Positions 41,348 through 51,500 of a DNA stretch of 64,000 nucleotides are shown piece by piece. The stretch's first letter is position 1. Every line of letters begins with the position of its first letter. Position numbers and translations under genes: made by a program. The stretch comes from Bacteroidota bacterium (GTDB lineage: Bacteria; Bacteroidota; Bacteroidia; CAILMK01): the NCBI GenBank assembly GCA_034440515.1, contig JAWXCF010000099.1:2270-66269 (forward strand), written 5' to 3'. The notes beneath the pieces were generated by a model. The model made no database searches, was not told the DNA's origin, and saw only the letters and a list, made by a program, of their open reading frames with translations.

Positions 41348-41906
41348 TGGAGTTGGCTTTATATTAAAAAAAGGTCAAAAACTGAGGATAGTAGATATTG
41401 AGGGTGAGCAAGTTTCAGATTTAATCTGCTATAATTTGCACGACAAGCCTGAGTATCTTTCATCTGGACGTACGATAGACTATGCAGAAACTATTTATTT
41501 AACAGAAGGGCATAATTTTTATTCTAACCGTAGCAATGTAATGTTCAGTATAATAGAAGATAGTGTAGGCAGACACGATTTCTTACTTACCCCTTGCAGT
41601 GCAGATACATTTAAGATAATCTATGGTCACACTAATCCACACCGTGGATGCTTCGGCAACCTATGTGAGGCATTAAAACAATTCGGTATTGGCCCAGACG
41701 ATATCCCAATAAGTTTCAATGTATTTATGAATGTTGAAATTGACGCTAATACAGGAAAGGTTTCGGTGCTACCGCCAAAAAGCAAAGCTTCGGACTATAT
41801 CATTATCCAGGCAGAAATGGATCTTATTGTAGGTTTAACAGCTTGCTCTGCGGAAATGTCAAACAACTATTCATTTAAACCAATTGGATACATAATAGAA
41901 GATTAA
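41316..41906 (+). CDS. DUF1989-family protein (the urea-carboxylase-associated protein family)
   Basis: The likely start is MKKLTLIEPRSGVGF at 41316; the ORF track's 41238 start is an upstream extension overlapping the previous gene. Motifs QKLRIVDIEGEQVSDLICYN, LLTPCSADTF, HRGCFGNLCEAL and PPKSKASDYIIIQAEMDLIVGLTACS agree with the conserved blocks of DUF1989 proteins. Confidence 0.6.
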   Translation: MKKLTLIEPRSGVGFILKKGQKLRIVDIEGEQVSDLICYNLHDKPEYLSSGRTIDYAETIYLTEGHNFYSNRSNVMFSIIEDSVGRHDFLLTPCSADTFKIIYGHTNPHRGCFGNLCEALKQFGIGPDDIPISFNVFMNVEIDANTGKVSVLPPKSKASDYIIIQAEMDLIVGLTACSAEMSNNYSFKPIGYIIED

Positions 41907-41974
41907 GTGAATCTTATTAAAATTGCTATGTAAAAATTGATGTTTTTAGATAGCTCGGTAGCTAATAATTACAA

Positions 41975-43327
41975 CTAAAACATTTGGGCTAGAGAGAAGA
42001 AAAATTGGCGATCTTCTTGAGATACAGCATAGTCAAATCTCAGGATAGTGTTTACGTTCCAAGCTATACGCAGTCCAAGTCCCTCTGATACCCGAAAGTT
42101 TTTAAAACTTTTTATTGTATTAAAGTCATCCCATACTGCACCAGCATCTATAAATGGTAGGGTACTAAATGCAAAATGTTGCTTAAGAAAGTTAAGTTGG
42201 GCAAAGCGATATCTTAACTCAAGATTATTTATACTCATCACCCGTCCTAAAAATCGGGATTGTTTGTAACCCCTTAAGGTTTTAGACCCGCCCAAACCCT
42301 CTACACTACCCTCGGAGCTCCATTGGTCTTGATATTCAAAAAAGGGAGCGTCCCAAGCTGTGTAGCCCAGCCCAGCTCTGCCAGCCAATACCAATCGCTT
42401 GGGGTATTTCGCAATTAGATTTTTATAGACACTAATATGCCCATACGTTTTGTTGAAATTAAAAGATGAGCCTAATGCTTTAAGTGAAAGTTCATTAGTT
42501 AATTCTGCAAATATTCCTTTGCTAGGGTCTGACTCTAAGTCTCTGGTATCGTATATTATCCCTACTTGTCCTAAGCCTATTAGGCTAGAACCTAAGCCAA
42601 GTATTTGCCCTGCGTTTGCGTCTAATTGTAATAGTGAATTACCCTGAAATGTTCTAATCTTAACCGAAGCAAGTTCATACCCTAGCAGAAGCCTCATTTT
42701 CCCTTCGTATAAACTTCGCTCTCCACTTATATTTAGTATGAATTCTTCTTTGTTATAATTATGGTACAACTTGTTATCACCTACCAGAAAATTATCTGAA
42801 TACTCAGAATATGAAACACCTGATTTAAGTTGGGGTATTGCACCAATGTTATCATAGTAGCTCAGCTTATTTAGCGTGCTTTCTGTTTTACCAAAATATA
42901 GTAGGTTTGGATTACTCTCATAGCCTCCCTCAACACGTAGCCTCCATTTAGAGTTTAATATATAAGGGACATCTAGTTTTGCTATTATTTCACGTTGACT
43001 TTTTGTTGTGTTAAACAATGCTATATCAATTTTAGCACGGTAGGGTGTATAGTTAAAGAATGGGTCAGTCTTCTTTCCATTAAAATACAAATATCCCCCA
43101 ACTCCGTATCCAAAACCATTTACTGGGTCTGAACTAATGTCTGGTACGCCAGTTACATAAGTACCTTCAGGTTTATTGGCAATATCCTCATCAGTCATTC
43201 TTTTCTCCTTAGCTATTGCAAAGGGTAATTTCTTAGTTGTGTCATTTTGTTTTGCAATAGAATCTTTAGTTTGACCTATTGCTGTGCAAAATGGAATTAT
43301 TAAGAACAGAATCAGCAAGTTTTTCAT
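41975..43327 (-). CDS. Omp85/BamA-TamA-family outer membrane protein (Bac_surface_Ag-type barrel)
   Basis: Signal peptide MKNLLILFLIIPFCTAIGQ (start at 43327; the track's upstream extension is unlikely). The C-terminal barrel has GGSKTLRGYKQSRFLG...NNLELRY and a terminal ...FFFSLAQMF ending in an aromatic residue. Confidence 0.6.
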   Translation of the reverse strand: MKNLLILFLIIPFCTAIGQTKDSIAKQNDTTKKLPFAIAKEKRMTDEDIANKPEGTYVTGVPDISSDPVNGFGYGVGGYLYFNGKKTDPFFNYTPYRAKIDIALFNTTKSQREIIAKLDVPYILNSKWRLRVEGGYESNPNLLYFGKTESTLNKLSYYDNIGAIPQLKSGVSYSEYSDNFLVGDNKLYHNYNKEEFILNISGERSLYEGKMRLLLGYELASVKIRTFQGNSLLQLDANAGQILGLGSSLIGLGQVGIIYDTRDLESDPSKGIFAELTNELSLKALGSSFNFNKTYGHISVYKNLIAKYPKRLVLAGRAGLGYTAWDAPFFEYQDQWSSEGSVEGLGGSKTLRGYKQSRFLGRVMSINNLELRYRFAQLNFLKQHFAFSTLPFIDAGAVWDDFNTIKSFKNFRVSEGLGLRIAWNVNTILRFDYAVSQEDRQFFFSLAQMF

Positions 43328-43352
43328 AAGGATAAATCTGATAATATAATGC

Positions 43353-43393
43353 CACAAAAAAAAGCCGACTAAACAGTACTGTCTAGCCGGCTT
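43353..43393 (-). terminator. Rho-independent terminator of the M43 protease gene
   Basis: Minus-strand RNA: AAGCCGGCUAGACAGUACUGUUUAGUCGGCUU hairpin followed by U8 (complement of aaaaaaaa at 43355-43362), 30 nt after the stop at 43424. Confidence 0.65.
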
Positions 43394-43423
43394 AACTAAA
43401 TAAAGCAGTTGTCGAAAATCTTC

Positions 43424-44701
43424 CTATTTCACATATAGTCTTATGCTTTGATTAGCCTGTTGGCCAGTAATAGTAATAATATATAATCCAGATGCCAGAA
43501 TACCCAAGTCAGCCTTAGAATAGGTATATACTGATTCACTTTTGGCTAAATTAACTTTTTGCACACTCAGCACTTTGCCTGTCATTTCGCTGGTAATTAA
43601 GCTTACTTGCCCAGCCACAGCAGATGATATCTTAATGTTTATCAATTCATCTATTGGATTAGGATATATAGATGCAGATACTAAATTTGAGCCTGTTTTT
43701 GCAATGCTATTGGTTGCACAACTATTAAATAGTGTGAAACTTTGATTAGCCTCAGATATTAAAGACTTGCGAGTATTGTTTAGGTAAAAATGCATTCTAT
43801 TTACTTGACCAAGGGTAAATAGTAATTTCCTGTCGTTGTAGTCCATATAGTTCTCATACATATCTATTACATCAGGAAAATCGGTCTTGCAAGTATTAGA
43901 GATAGATGATACATTGTAACTAGGTGATGATACCGGTGGTGTGTCTGTCACTCTATCGCCCTGAAGGCTCTGATTGCTGCTGCAACCGTCTTGAAAAGTA
44001 TGAAATAGACCGAAGTAGTGACCAACCTCGTGTGCTAAAGTTTTGTCTAAACTTGTCATATATCTATAATCCATAACAATTCCATCATTATTGGGGTTAC
44101 TGACTGCCGACCAAGGGAAATTAGAATAGCCAGCTACTGTAAATCCTCCAGCTACATCAAATCCTATATTTCTTACTACCCAAATGTTTAGGTATTTCTT
44201 ACTATCCCATATTATTTCAGACTTTATGTTATCATCTGCATCTACAGTATTGGTGGTTATAGTTCTGGTAATACCAGAAGTGCAATTACCGTTTGGATCT
44301 GTACTTGCCAGTTGAAACTCAATTCTGGTATCAGTTATTAAAGACTTAAATGGGTTTCTGATTAGTGTACTGTCTTTATTCCTTTTTCTAAAGGCATTAT
44401 TTAACCCGCTCATTACTGCTTTTATTTGTAAGTCAGACAATCTTTCTGGGCCGTTATTGTGCATTATATGTATTACTACAGGTATAATTAGCACATCATT
44501 AACTCCATTGTTGGATCGCTGGTTTCCAGTGCGTAACAATTCTGCCTCAAGGGCAATTTTTCTTACTCTTATTTCAGGAAATTTTGCCTCTTGTCTATTC
44601 TCAATTTCATCTGTTATACAAGGAATTACTTGAAAAGATTGACCAATTGAAGCCAAGCTAAACAAACAAGAAATTACGGTACCTATTATTCTTATCTTCA
44701 T
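43424..44701 (-). CDS. Secreted M43-family (cytophagalysin/pappalysin-like) zinc metalloprotease with a T9SS type A C-terminal domain
   Basis: Signal peptide. Extended zinc motif HEVGHYFGLFHTFQDGCS. C-terminal ...IYPNPIDELINIKISSAVAGQVSLITSEMTGKVLSVQKVNLAKSESVYTYSKADLGILASGLYIITITGQQANQSIRLYVK (Por_Secre_tail pattern). Confidence 0.75.
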   Translation of the reverse strand: MKIRIIGTVISCLFSLASIGQSFQVIPCITDEIENRQEAKFPEIRVRKIALEAELLRTGNQRSNNGVNDVLIIPVVIHIMHNNGPERLSDLQIKAVMSGLNNAFRKRNKDSTLIRNPFKSLITDTRIEFQLASTDPNGNCTSGITRTITTNTVDADDNIKSEIIWDSKKYLNIWVVRNIGFDVAGGFTVAGYSNFPWSAVSNPNNDGIVMDYRYMTSLDKTLAHEVGHYFGLFHTFQDGCSSNQSLQGDRVTDTPPVSSPSYNVSSISNTCKTDFPDVIDMYENYMDYNDRKLLFTLGQVNRMHFYLNNTRKSLISEANQSFTLFNSCATNSIAKTGSNLVSASIYPNPIDELINIKISSAVAGQVSLITSEMTGKVLSVQKVNLAKSESVYTYSKADLGILASGLYIITITGQQANQSIRLYVK

Positions 44702-45015
44702 TAATCAATATCTATCTGATATCAAATTAACTTAATCTTCCCTGCAACTGTTCCACTTTCGCATATATAGAAATTGTAATTTATCGGAATTAGGAAATGA
44801 TTTATAATAATATAATTACATCTAAAACAGTTATTTAATTAATTTTTAACTGAAGTTGCATCGGAATTATTTTGCAGAAATTAGTTGGTATTCTACGCAG
44901 AGTTGTGAGAGTTATTTATGTGTTTAAACATCTATTAAGTTTAAAATTATAGAAAATGACATTGCTCAATTTATGGTAATAATGAATTAGGTAATGGTAA
45001 TTCTACTGTTTAAAT

Positions 45016-46236
45016 TTGGCTCTTTATTTATATAAAATGATTGATTCGCAAAGGGTATCGCAACGCATTCAACAAATGCAAGAGTCAAGTACATTGCAAA
45101 TGGCAAGACTCAGCAGACAACTTCAATCCGAAGGCAAAAAGATAATTAATCTAAGCCTAGGTGAGCCTGATTTTGATACACCTAATCACATAAAAGATGC
45201 TGCTATTAGGGCCATAGAAAATAACATAACACACTACCCACCAGTGGCCGGATTTCTTGAACTAAGGCAGGCATTGTCTGAAAAATTTAAGAGAGACAAC
45301 AATTTAGAATATTCACCCAACCAAATATTAGTAAGCACTGGCGCAAAACATAGCCTAATAAATGTGCTAATGACCCTATTAGACGAAGGTGATGAGGTGA
45401 TAATACCTGCACCGTATTGGGTTAGTTATCCAGAAATGGTAAAATTAACTGGGGCCAGTTCTATAATTGTAGAAACTAGTTTAGAGGCAGACTTTAAAAT
45501 GACAGCAAAACAACTACGTGCTGCAATAACAGAAAACACTAAGGCAATCATACTAAATTCTCCGAGTAATCCTACTGGGGCAGTATATACATTATCAGAA
45601 TTAGAAGCATTAGCTGAAGTACTAAGAAACGAAGACATTATCGTGATTAGCGATGAAATATATGAGCTAATTAACTATGGCATTGGGCATTACAGCATAG
45701 CTACATTGACTGGGATGTATGATAAAACTGTAACTATAAACGGTGTCAGTAAGGCATTTGCTATGACAGGGTGGAGAATTGGCTACGCTGCTGGGCCAGA
45801 ATGGTTGATAAAAGCTTGTGAGAAATTGCAAGGGCAGTTTACCAGTGGGGCTAATACAATAGCTGAAATGGCAACCATTGCTGCCGTAAGTGAGTCATAT
45901 CAACCCACTTATGATATGTTGGCAGAATTTGTTAAAAGAAAAGAACTAGTACTAGCTGGCATTAACGATATAGGTAAACTTGGGGTCTCAATACCAGAGG
46001 GGGCATTTTACTTGTTTCCAGACGTATCTGCCTATTTAGGTACTAAATATAAGGAATATGAAGTCAATACATCAGATGATTTATGTATGTATTTATTGGC
46101 TGAGGCAGAAGTGAGTCTGGTGTCTGGTACAGGTTTTGGCGCAGCAAATTGCATTAGAATTAGTTTTGCAGCTTCTGAACAGAATCTAACATTGGCATTG
46201 GCCAGAATCAAAACTGCTTTACATAACTTGGTGTAA
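45016..46236 (+). CDS. Class I/II pyridoxal-phosphate aminotransferase (aspartate/aromatic aminotransferase-like)
   Basis: NLSLGEPDFDTP, ...NSPSNPTGAVYT..., and the PLP lysine context SKAFAMTGWRIGY. The real start is probably MIDSQRVSQRIQQM. Confidence 0.85.
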   Translation: MALYLYKMIDSQRVSQRIQQMQESSTLQMARLSRQLQSEGKKIINLSLGEPDFDTPNHIKDAAIRAIENNITHYPPVAGFLELRQALSEKFKRDNNLEYSPNQILVSTGAKHSLINVLMTLLDEGDEVIIPAPYWVSYPEMVKLTGASSIIVETSLEADFKMTAKQLRAAITENTKAIILNSPSNPTGAVYTLSELEALAEVLRNEDIIVISDEIYELINYGIGHYSIATLTGMYDKTVTINGVSKAFAMTGWRIGYAAGPEWLIKACEKLQGQFTSGANTIAEMATIAAVSESYQPTYDMLAEFVKRKELVLAGINDIGKLGVSIPEGAFYLFPDVSAYLGTKYKEYEVNTSDDLCMYLLAEAEVSLVSGTGFGAANCIRISFAASEQNLTLALARIKTALHNLV

Positions 46237-47244
46237 ATGGGATTAGACATTAAGTTAAACTGGCCAAGTCTATTTGATTCATTTGCAAATAAACGCGTAT
46301 TGGTGATTGGAGATATTATGTTAGATGCCTACTATTGGGGTAGGGTAGAGCGAATATCGCCGGAGGCACCAGTACCCATAGTTGAGGTTACCAAACGTGA
46401 ATATAGATTAGGCGGTGCTGCAAACGTAGCCCTAAATATGGCGAAACTAGGCGCAAAAGTTTCAGTTGCCAGTGGTGTAGGTAAAGATGTTGAGGCTGAA
46501 AAACTATTGCAACTGTTAGCTGACGAAGAAATTAATACAATTGCGGTAATTCAGTTTGAAAATGATAGACCTACTACCGTAAAAACTAGAATATTAGGCA
46601 ACAATCACCAAATGATTCGGATAGACAGTGAAGTAAATGAACTAATATCTGCAAGCGAAGAGAATCAATTAATTGAATTAATTATTCACAGATTATTACC
46701 AAATATTGATGTTATAGTGTTTGAAGACTATGACAAAGGAATCATTACTTCAAATCTAATTCGGCAAGTAATTGAGGCAGCTAAGATTCACAAATGCTTT
46801 ATAGCTGTTGACCCTAAGCGTCGAAATTTTCACCTATACAATCACGTAGATTTATTCAAACCTAATTTACGAGAACTTGCAGAAGGTTTGGGTGTAAACT
46901 TATCTGTAGAGAATACCGTAGATGAAGTAAAAAAAGCAGGTGCGCAAATATTATACACCCTTCAAGCGAAGTTTGCATTAATTACAATGAGTGAAAAGGG
47001 AATGTTGCTGTTGGAAGGCGAACATAGCTACTATGCTGAGGCCCACATTAGAAAAGTATATGATGTAAGTGGTGCCGGCGATACTGTAATCAGTGTAGCA
47101 GCGTTAGCTCTAAGCTGCGGCTTAGTTCCGAATATTGCTATACAATTGGCTAATCTAGCAGGTGGATTGGTTTGCGAAAAATTAGGTGTTGTTCCCATTT
47201 CTCGTCTGGAGTTACAACTTCACGCAGAGGCCATATTTGGCTAA
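46237..47244 (+). CDS. D-glycero-beta-D-manno-heptose-7-phosphate kinase (RfaE domain I / HldE kinase domain only, pfkB family)
   Basis: KRVLVIGDIMLDAYYWGRVERISPEAPVPIVEV...RLGGAANVALNMAKLGAKV is the typical RfaE domain I N-terminus, with a pfkB C-terminal GAGDT motif (DVSGAGDTVISV). The start codon immediately follows the aminotransferase stop. Confidence 0.7.
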   Translation: MGLDIKLNWPSLFDSFANKRVLVIGDIMLDAYYWGRVERISPEAPVPIVEVTKREYRLGGAANVALNMAKLGAKVSVASGVGKDVEAEKLLQLLADEEINTIAVIQFENDRPTTVKTRILGNNHQMIRIDSEVNELISASEENQLIELIIHRLLPNIDVIVFEDYDKGIITSNLIRQVIEAAKIHKCFIAVDPKRRNFHLYNHVDLFKPNLRELAEGLGVNLSVENTVDEVKKAGAQILYTLQAKFALITMSEKGMLLLEGEHSYYAEAHIRKVYDVSGAGDTVISVAALALSCGLVPNIAIQLANLAGGLVCEKLGVVPISRLELQLHAEAIFG

Positions 47245-47250
47245 CACTTG

Positions 47251-47622
47251 CTATCTAACTCTGTGCTTTTTATTTAGAATAAAGTAATAAACTGCAAAGA
47301 AAGCTAATAAGCCAATGAACATATTTAGCATCATTTTACCCCACCGTGCCCATCCACCTTTTATCTCATTATCTTGATTCACATTAGACTCAGGTTCATT
47401 GCTAGAATAATCGAAACTACTTGTGTTAATAACTTTTTTATTTTGACCAGAATTTTCGCTTGATTTTAATACTGATAAAGCAATTTTATCAGATGCAGAT
47501 TTAGGTTTTGTTTGTGTGTGAAGGCTGGTAGAGTACAAGCCAACTATTAGTAAACAGATGATTGCGAATATATTATGAGTAAAAGTTCGACTTCGACTTT
47601 TCTTTTTCGATCGGGGTTTCAT
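47251..47622 (-). CDS. Hypothetical small membrane protein (two predicted TM segments, basic N-terminus)
   Basis: MKPRSKKKSRSRTFTHNIFAIICLLIVGLYS...MFIGLLAFFAVYYFIL. No motif recognised. Confidence 0.35.
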   Translation of the reverse strand: MKPRSKKKSRSRTFTHNIFAIICLLIVGLYSTSLHTQTKPKSASDKIALSVLKSSENSGQNKKVINTSSFDYSSNEPESNVNQDNEIKGGWARWGKMMLNMFIGLLAFFAVYYFILNKKHRVR

Positions 47623-47671
47623 ATATCTATTTAATGTTTCTAATAGCTAATTTAATAAAAATTAGTTACAA

Positions 47672-48445
47672 CTATATTCTTGGTAATATTTTTTCTGCAT
47701 AGTTATCAGGCTTTAGGCTATCGTGATAATTATGGAATAACCTATTACATTTATTTCTATATACAAGCCTCCTATGTAGATAATAGTTCAAAAAAAGTTC
47801 TTTATCCTCTCCTCCCCAACTTAAGTACTGTTCATTATATTTTCCCACTTTTTGGAATTGGTATTTGCTATCTGCAAATAATCCGTAGCCACTATTTAGC
47901 CAATTGCCGTCTTGTTTAGACTTTGCCTCTTTGTTTAAATTGAAACAAATAGGAAACCAAGCTATTTTATTACTAACATATTTGTTCACCAATTCTACTA
48001 AGTTTTCAGGCAATGAAATGTCTGCGTCAGTCGCAAAAAAATACTCGTGCTTTGCCATACTTATGGCTTGATTGTAAACTCTCGCCCGATGAAAGTCTTG
48101 TTTTGTTTCAATTATCTGGTAATGATTGGGCATTAACCAATCAAGTTCTTTTCTAAGTTTAATCAAATTTTCACTGCCACAATCTACTATGGTGAAGTGA
48201 ATTAAGTTTAAGTTGTATAGTTTAGCTATGCTAGGTAACAACTCATTTATAACCATATCTGTCCTATTCAATAATCCAAGGCAAATGCTAATTGGGTTCA
48301 GTTTTCTTTTGCCTGAAATATGAAATCTAATCCAGGCTAAGGCATCCAATCCTATGGTAAAGTAGCCTAAGGCTCTTTGGTCTGACTTAAACCAAAAGTG
48401 CAATGACTCTTTTATAGAATTGGGTAAATAGCGCTTAATACTCAC
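47672..48445 (-). CDS. Putative glycosyltransferase (GT2/GT7-like, DxD and WGGED motifs)
   Basis: FFATDADI (DxD) and WGGEDKEL (compare WGGEDDD in beta4GalT-like and GWGGED in GT2 enzymes). Length is 257 aa. Confidence 0.5.
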   Translation of the reverse strand: MSIKRYLPNSIKESLHFWFKSDQRALGYFTIGLDALAWIRFHISGKRKLNPISICLGLLNRTDMVINELLPSIAKLYNLNLIHFTIVDCGSENLIKLRKELDWLMPNHYQIIETKQDFHRARVYNQAISMAKHEYFFATDADISLPENLVELVNKYVSNKIAWFPICFNLNKEAKSKQDGNWLNSGYGLFADSKYQFQKVGKYNEQYLSWGGEDKELFLNYYLHRRLVYRNKCNRLFHNYHDSLKPDNYAEKILPRI

Positions 48446-48500
48446 TTAATAAAAAATGCCCAATCTAAGATTGGGCATTACAAATTTATTTATAACCTGA

Positions 48501-51500
48501 CTATTTCAATATGATTATAGTGCCGCTATAGTATTTCCATTTATTTTCATAACCTTTTACATTGACTATGTAGGTATAAATGCTCTCTGGTGCAGATTCA
48601 CCATTATTAGTTTTACCATTCCAAGGCACACCTGCATCAGTGCTGTAAACTATTTGCCCCCACCTATTTATAATTTTCATATTGTATGATTTTATATAAG
48701 CTCCTTTCGGACCAAATGAGTCATTTAGATTAGTACTTTGTGTTGGTGTAAATGCATTGGGGAAGAATACAATTGGGTCTTGATTTACACAAAATATGTT
48801 ACTGTAACTAGTAGCATCATATAGGCTATTGTTTTCTACTGCTTCAACTCTGTAGCAGAAATTTCCACCATCAGTAGGTATTGCTAGGTCTGCCCAGTTT
48901 GTCTTGGTACCTATGGCACTACCTATTAAAACCCATACTCCAGTATCATTAGACCTTCTATATACAACGTATTTCTTTATTGGATTAAGCCACTGTCTAT
49001 ATGGTGACCAACTTAATAGGTGTTGTAGTGGTTTGCTCTCAACCTTTAACCCTATGGTACAACCTAAGTTGCTAAATAAAGACATATTACCACAACTATC
49101 TACAACAGTAACTTGATAGCAGAAACCTTCTTGATGAAGAACTGTTGAGTCACGGTAAGTTGTATCGTTTTGATTTTTAGTTTGATATATGACTTTTAGG
49201 TCGCCATTTGGCAGTTTACGTCTATATAACTTAAACCCACTTGCGTCCCAATTACCAGACTTAGCCCATTTAATTTCAACAGCACCGTTAGATTTCGCTA
49301 CACTCGCACTAATTAAATGCACTGGTTTAGGTGCAATTATGTCAAATGGTTGTGCGCTGTCTCTGTTAGAAAAACTTACATCTTTATTACCTATAGCCTC
49401 AATTACATAACTATATTTTCTAAAGCAAACTTTTTGAGTATCAGTAAATGCAGTAACAGAAGATGCAAATGAAGTAATTAGAATTCCATTTCTGTAAATA
49501 TTGTATCTGTTAATATTAAAGCCTTCATACGGAGTCCAGCTTAGTTCAATTGACTCATTGCCAGATACAGTTTTTAAACTTACTGGACTATGTGTAAATG
49601 CAAATAAGTCATTGCTTAGATTACCACAAGTGTCAATTACTCTTACTTTATATTGATATTTTTCACGATAAGTATTTAAAGCTGTATCATTATAAGTTAA
49701 CTGGGTATTAGGCAATTGAGCAATTAAATTCCAGTTAGTAGTTTGACGTCTATAAACTAAATATTTCGATTTATCGCTTGCATTACTAGCAGTCCATTTC
49801 AGTGCGATGATACCAGTATTTGAACCTGTCTTGGTAACTGTAGCTAGGTCTAAAATAGGTGGCTCTGGCGCATTGTTCTCATATGAAACCACAGTGTCTG
49901 TATTGCTAAATGCTGACACAGAATTTAGAGAATCAAATACAGTAATTCTATACTCATAATTTGTTCTACACCTTACATCTGCATCATTGTAGAATCCAGA
50001 TGTATTTAAAGTATAAATAGGCACCCAAACACCAAAATTCGATCTTTTCTCTAAAGTATATCTAGTTGATTTGAAACCAATGTATTCAGTCCAAGATACT
50101 CTGTTATAGGCATTTTGAGCAGTTGCCTCTAGCAACACAGTTGTATGTGTATCACTTGGTGTAGCTATGTTTCCACAACTATCTATACTCCTAATGAAGT
50201 ATGAATATGCTGTCGTTTTGTTATTCGCTTTAGAATCAACATACCTAACTAAACCTGTGCTATTGCTTTTAAATGAATCGATTAAAAAGAATACACCATT
50301 AGACGACCTGTATATGTAAGACGATTTCCTATTCTTATCTCCTGCCACTAAGAAAGTTAATTCGTTGGTTCCATTACTAGCAGAAGATGAAGTTACACTG
50401 GCCGATACTTGATTAGCAATTTGCGGTGCTAAATTATCTAAAGCCCTAACTCTTACTGTATCACTATGTATTAACAAGTTGGGTTGAGCAATATTAAATG
50501 CCTTAATTCTATAGTTATATACTTTGCCACAAGATATGTTAGTATCGGCGAAAGTGCTGTCACTAGATGGCACATAATATTTGGTTGTTAAACCATTAGA
50601 ACCCTCACTTCTATCTATTTCATACCTAGTTACAACAGCTCCACGGTATTTGTTAAAACTTATGTTGTTACTGTTATTGACAGCTGTTACACTTAGATTT
50701 ATTGCTAAATATTTAATAGGTATGAATCCTTCAGTTAAGCATTTGTTATATCCTACTAAATAATAGTAATTAGCACTTGTTTTAGTATTTGTACTTGAAT
50801 GCACATAAGATAGCGTACCTAAATTCTTAATATCTGAAAGTAAAGTATATGTCCCGTTAGCTACAATACTGTGATATAGTCTATAGCCAATTATAAAAGT
50901 ATCGTTAATATTTGGACTAATCCAACTGATATTTACGCTACCATTTGTTGAACTGGTACTAGTTACATCTACTTCGGTAATGCTAAGTGGTAAAGGTGCC
51001 TCAAATATTCTAGGTTTAATGCTCAGTGTGTCACCATTACTAATTAAACCTGTTGATGTATTTCTTGCCTGAACGTAATAGTAGAATCGAGAACTGGTAT
51101 CAACATTATTGTCAATGTACAATTGGTTATTACTTTGAGATTGAATTATGCTGTATGTTCCAGATCTACTAGTGCTTCGCAATATGTTGTAACTTGTATT
51201 GCTAGAACCATAACCTATAAATGCACCAAAACTAATTCTAACCAATGGTTTACAATCTTTCGTGCTGAGTCTCAATCTCATAGTACCATATTCTATGCTG
51301 GCATTAGATCTATGGGTTCCGTCGCAACTATCTATTGCAACTATGTAGTAGCTATAGTATTTATTTAAATTACCTGGTCTGTCTATATAAACACTATCTC
51401 TGGTTACAGTAACAATTTTAGTGTAAGCGCTAGTGCTGTCTTTACGATATATATCATAAAACTTGATATCAGAATTTGGATTAAATGCCCAACTTAGTCT

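Noticed and set aside
39217-41974. Genomic island integrated at tRNA-Glu
   Set aside because: There is no integrase or recombinase gene and no direct repeat of the tRNA 3' end downstream of the three-gene cluster. Horizontal origin remains possible but is not demonstrable from sequence alone.
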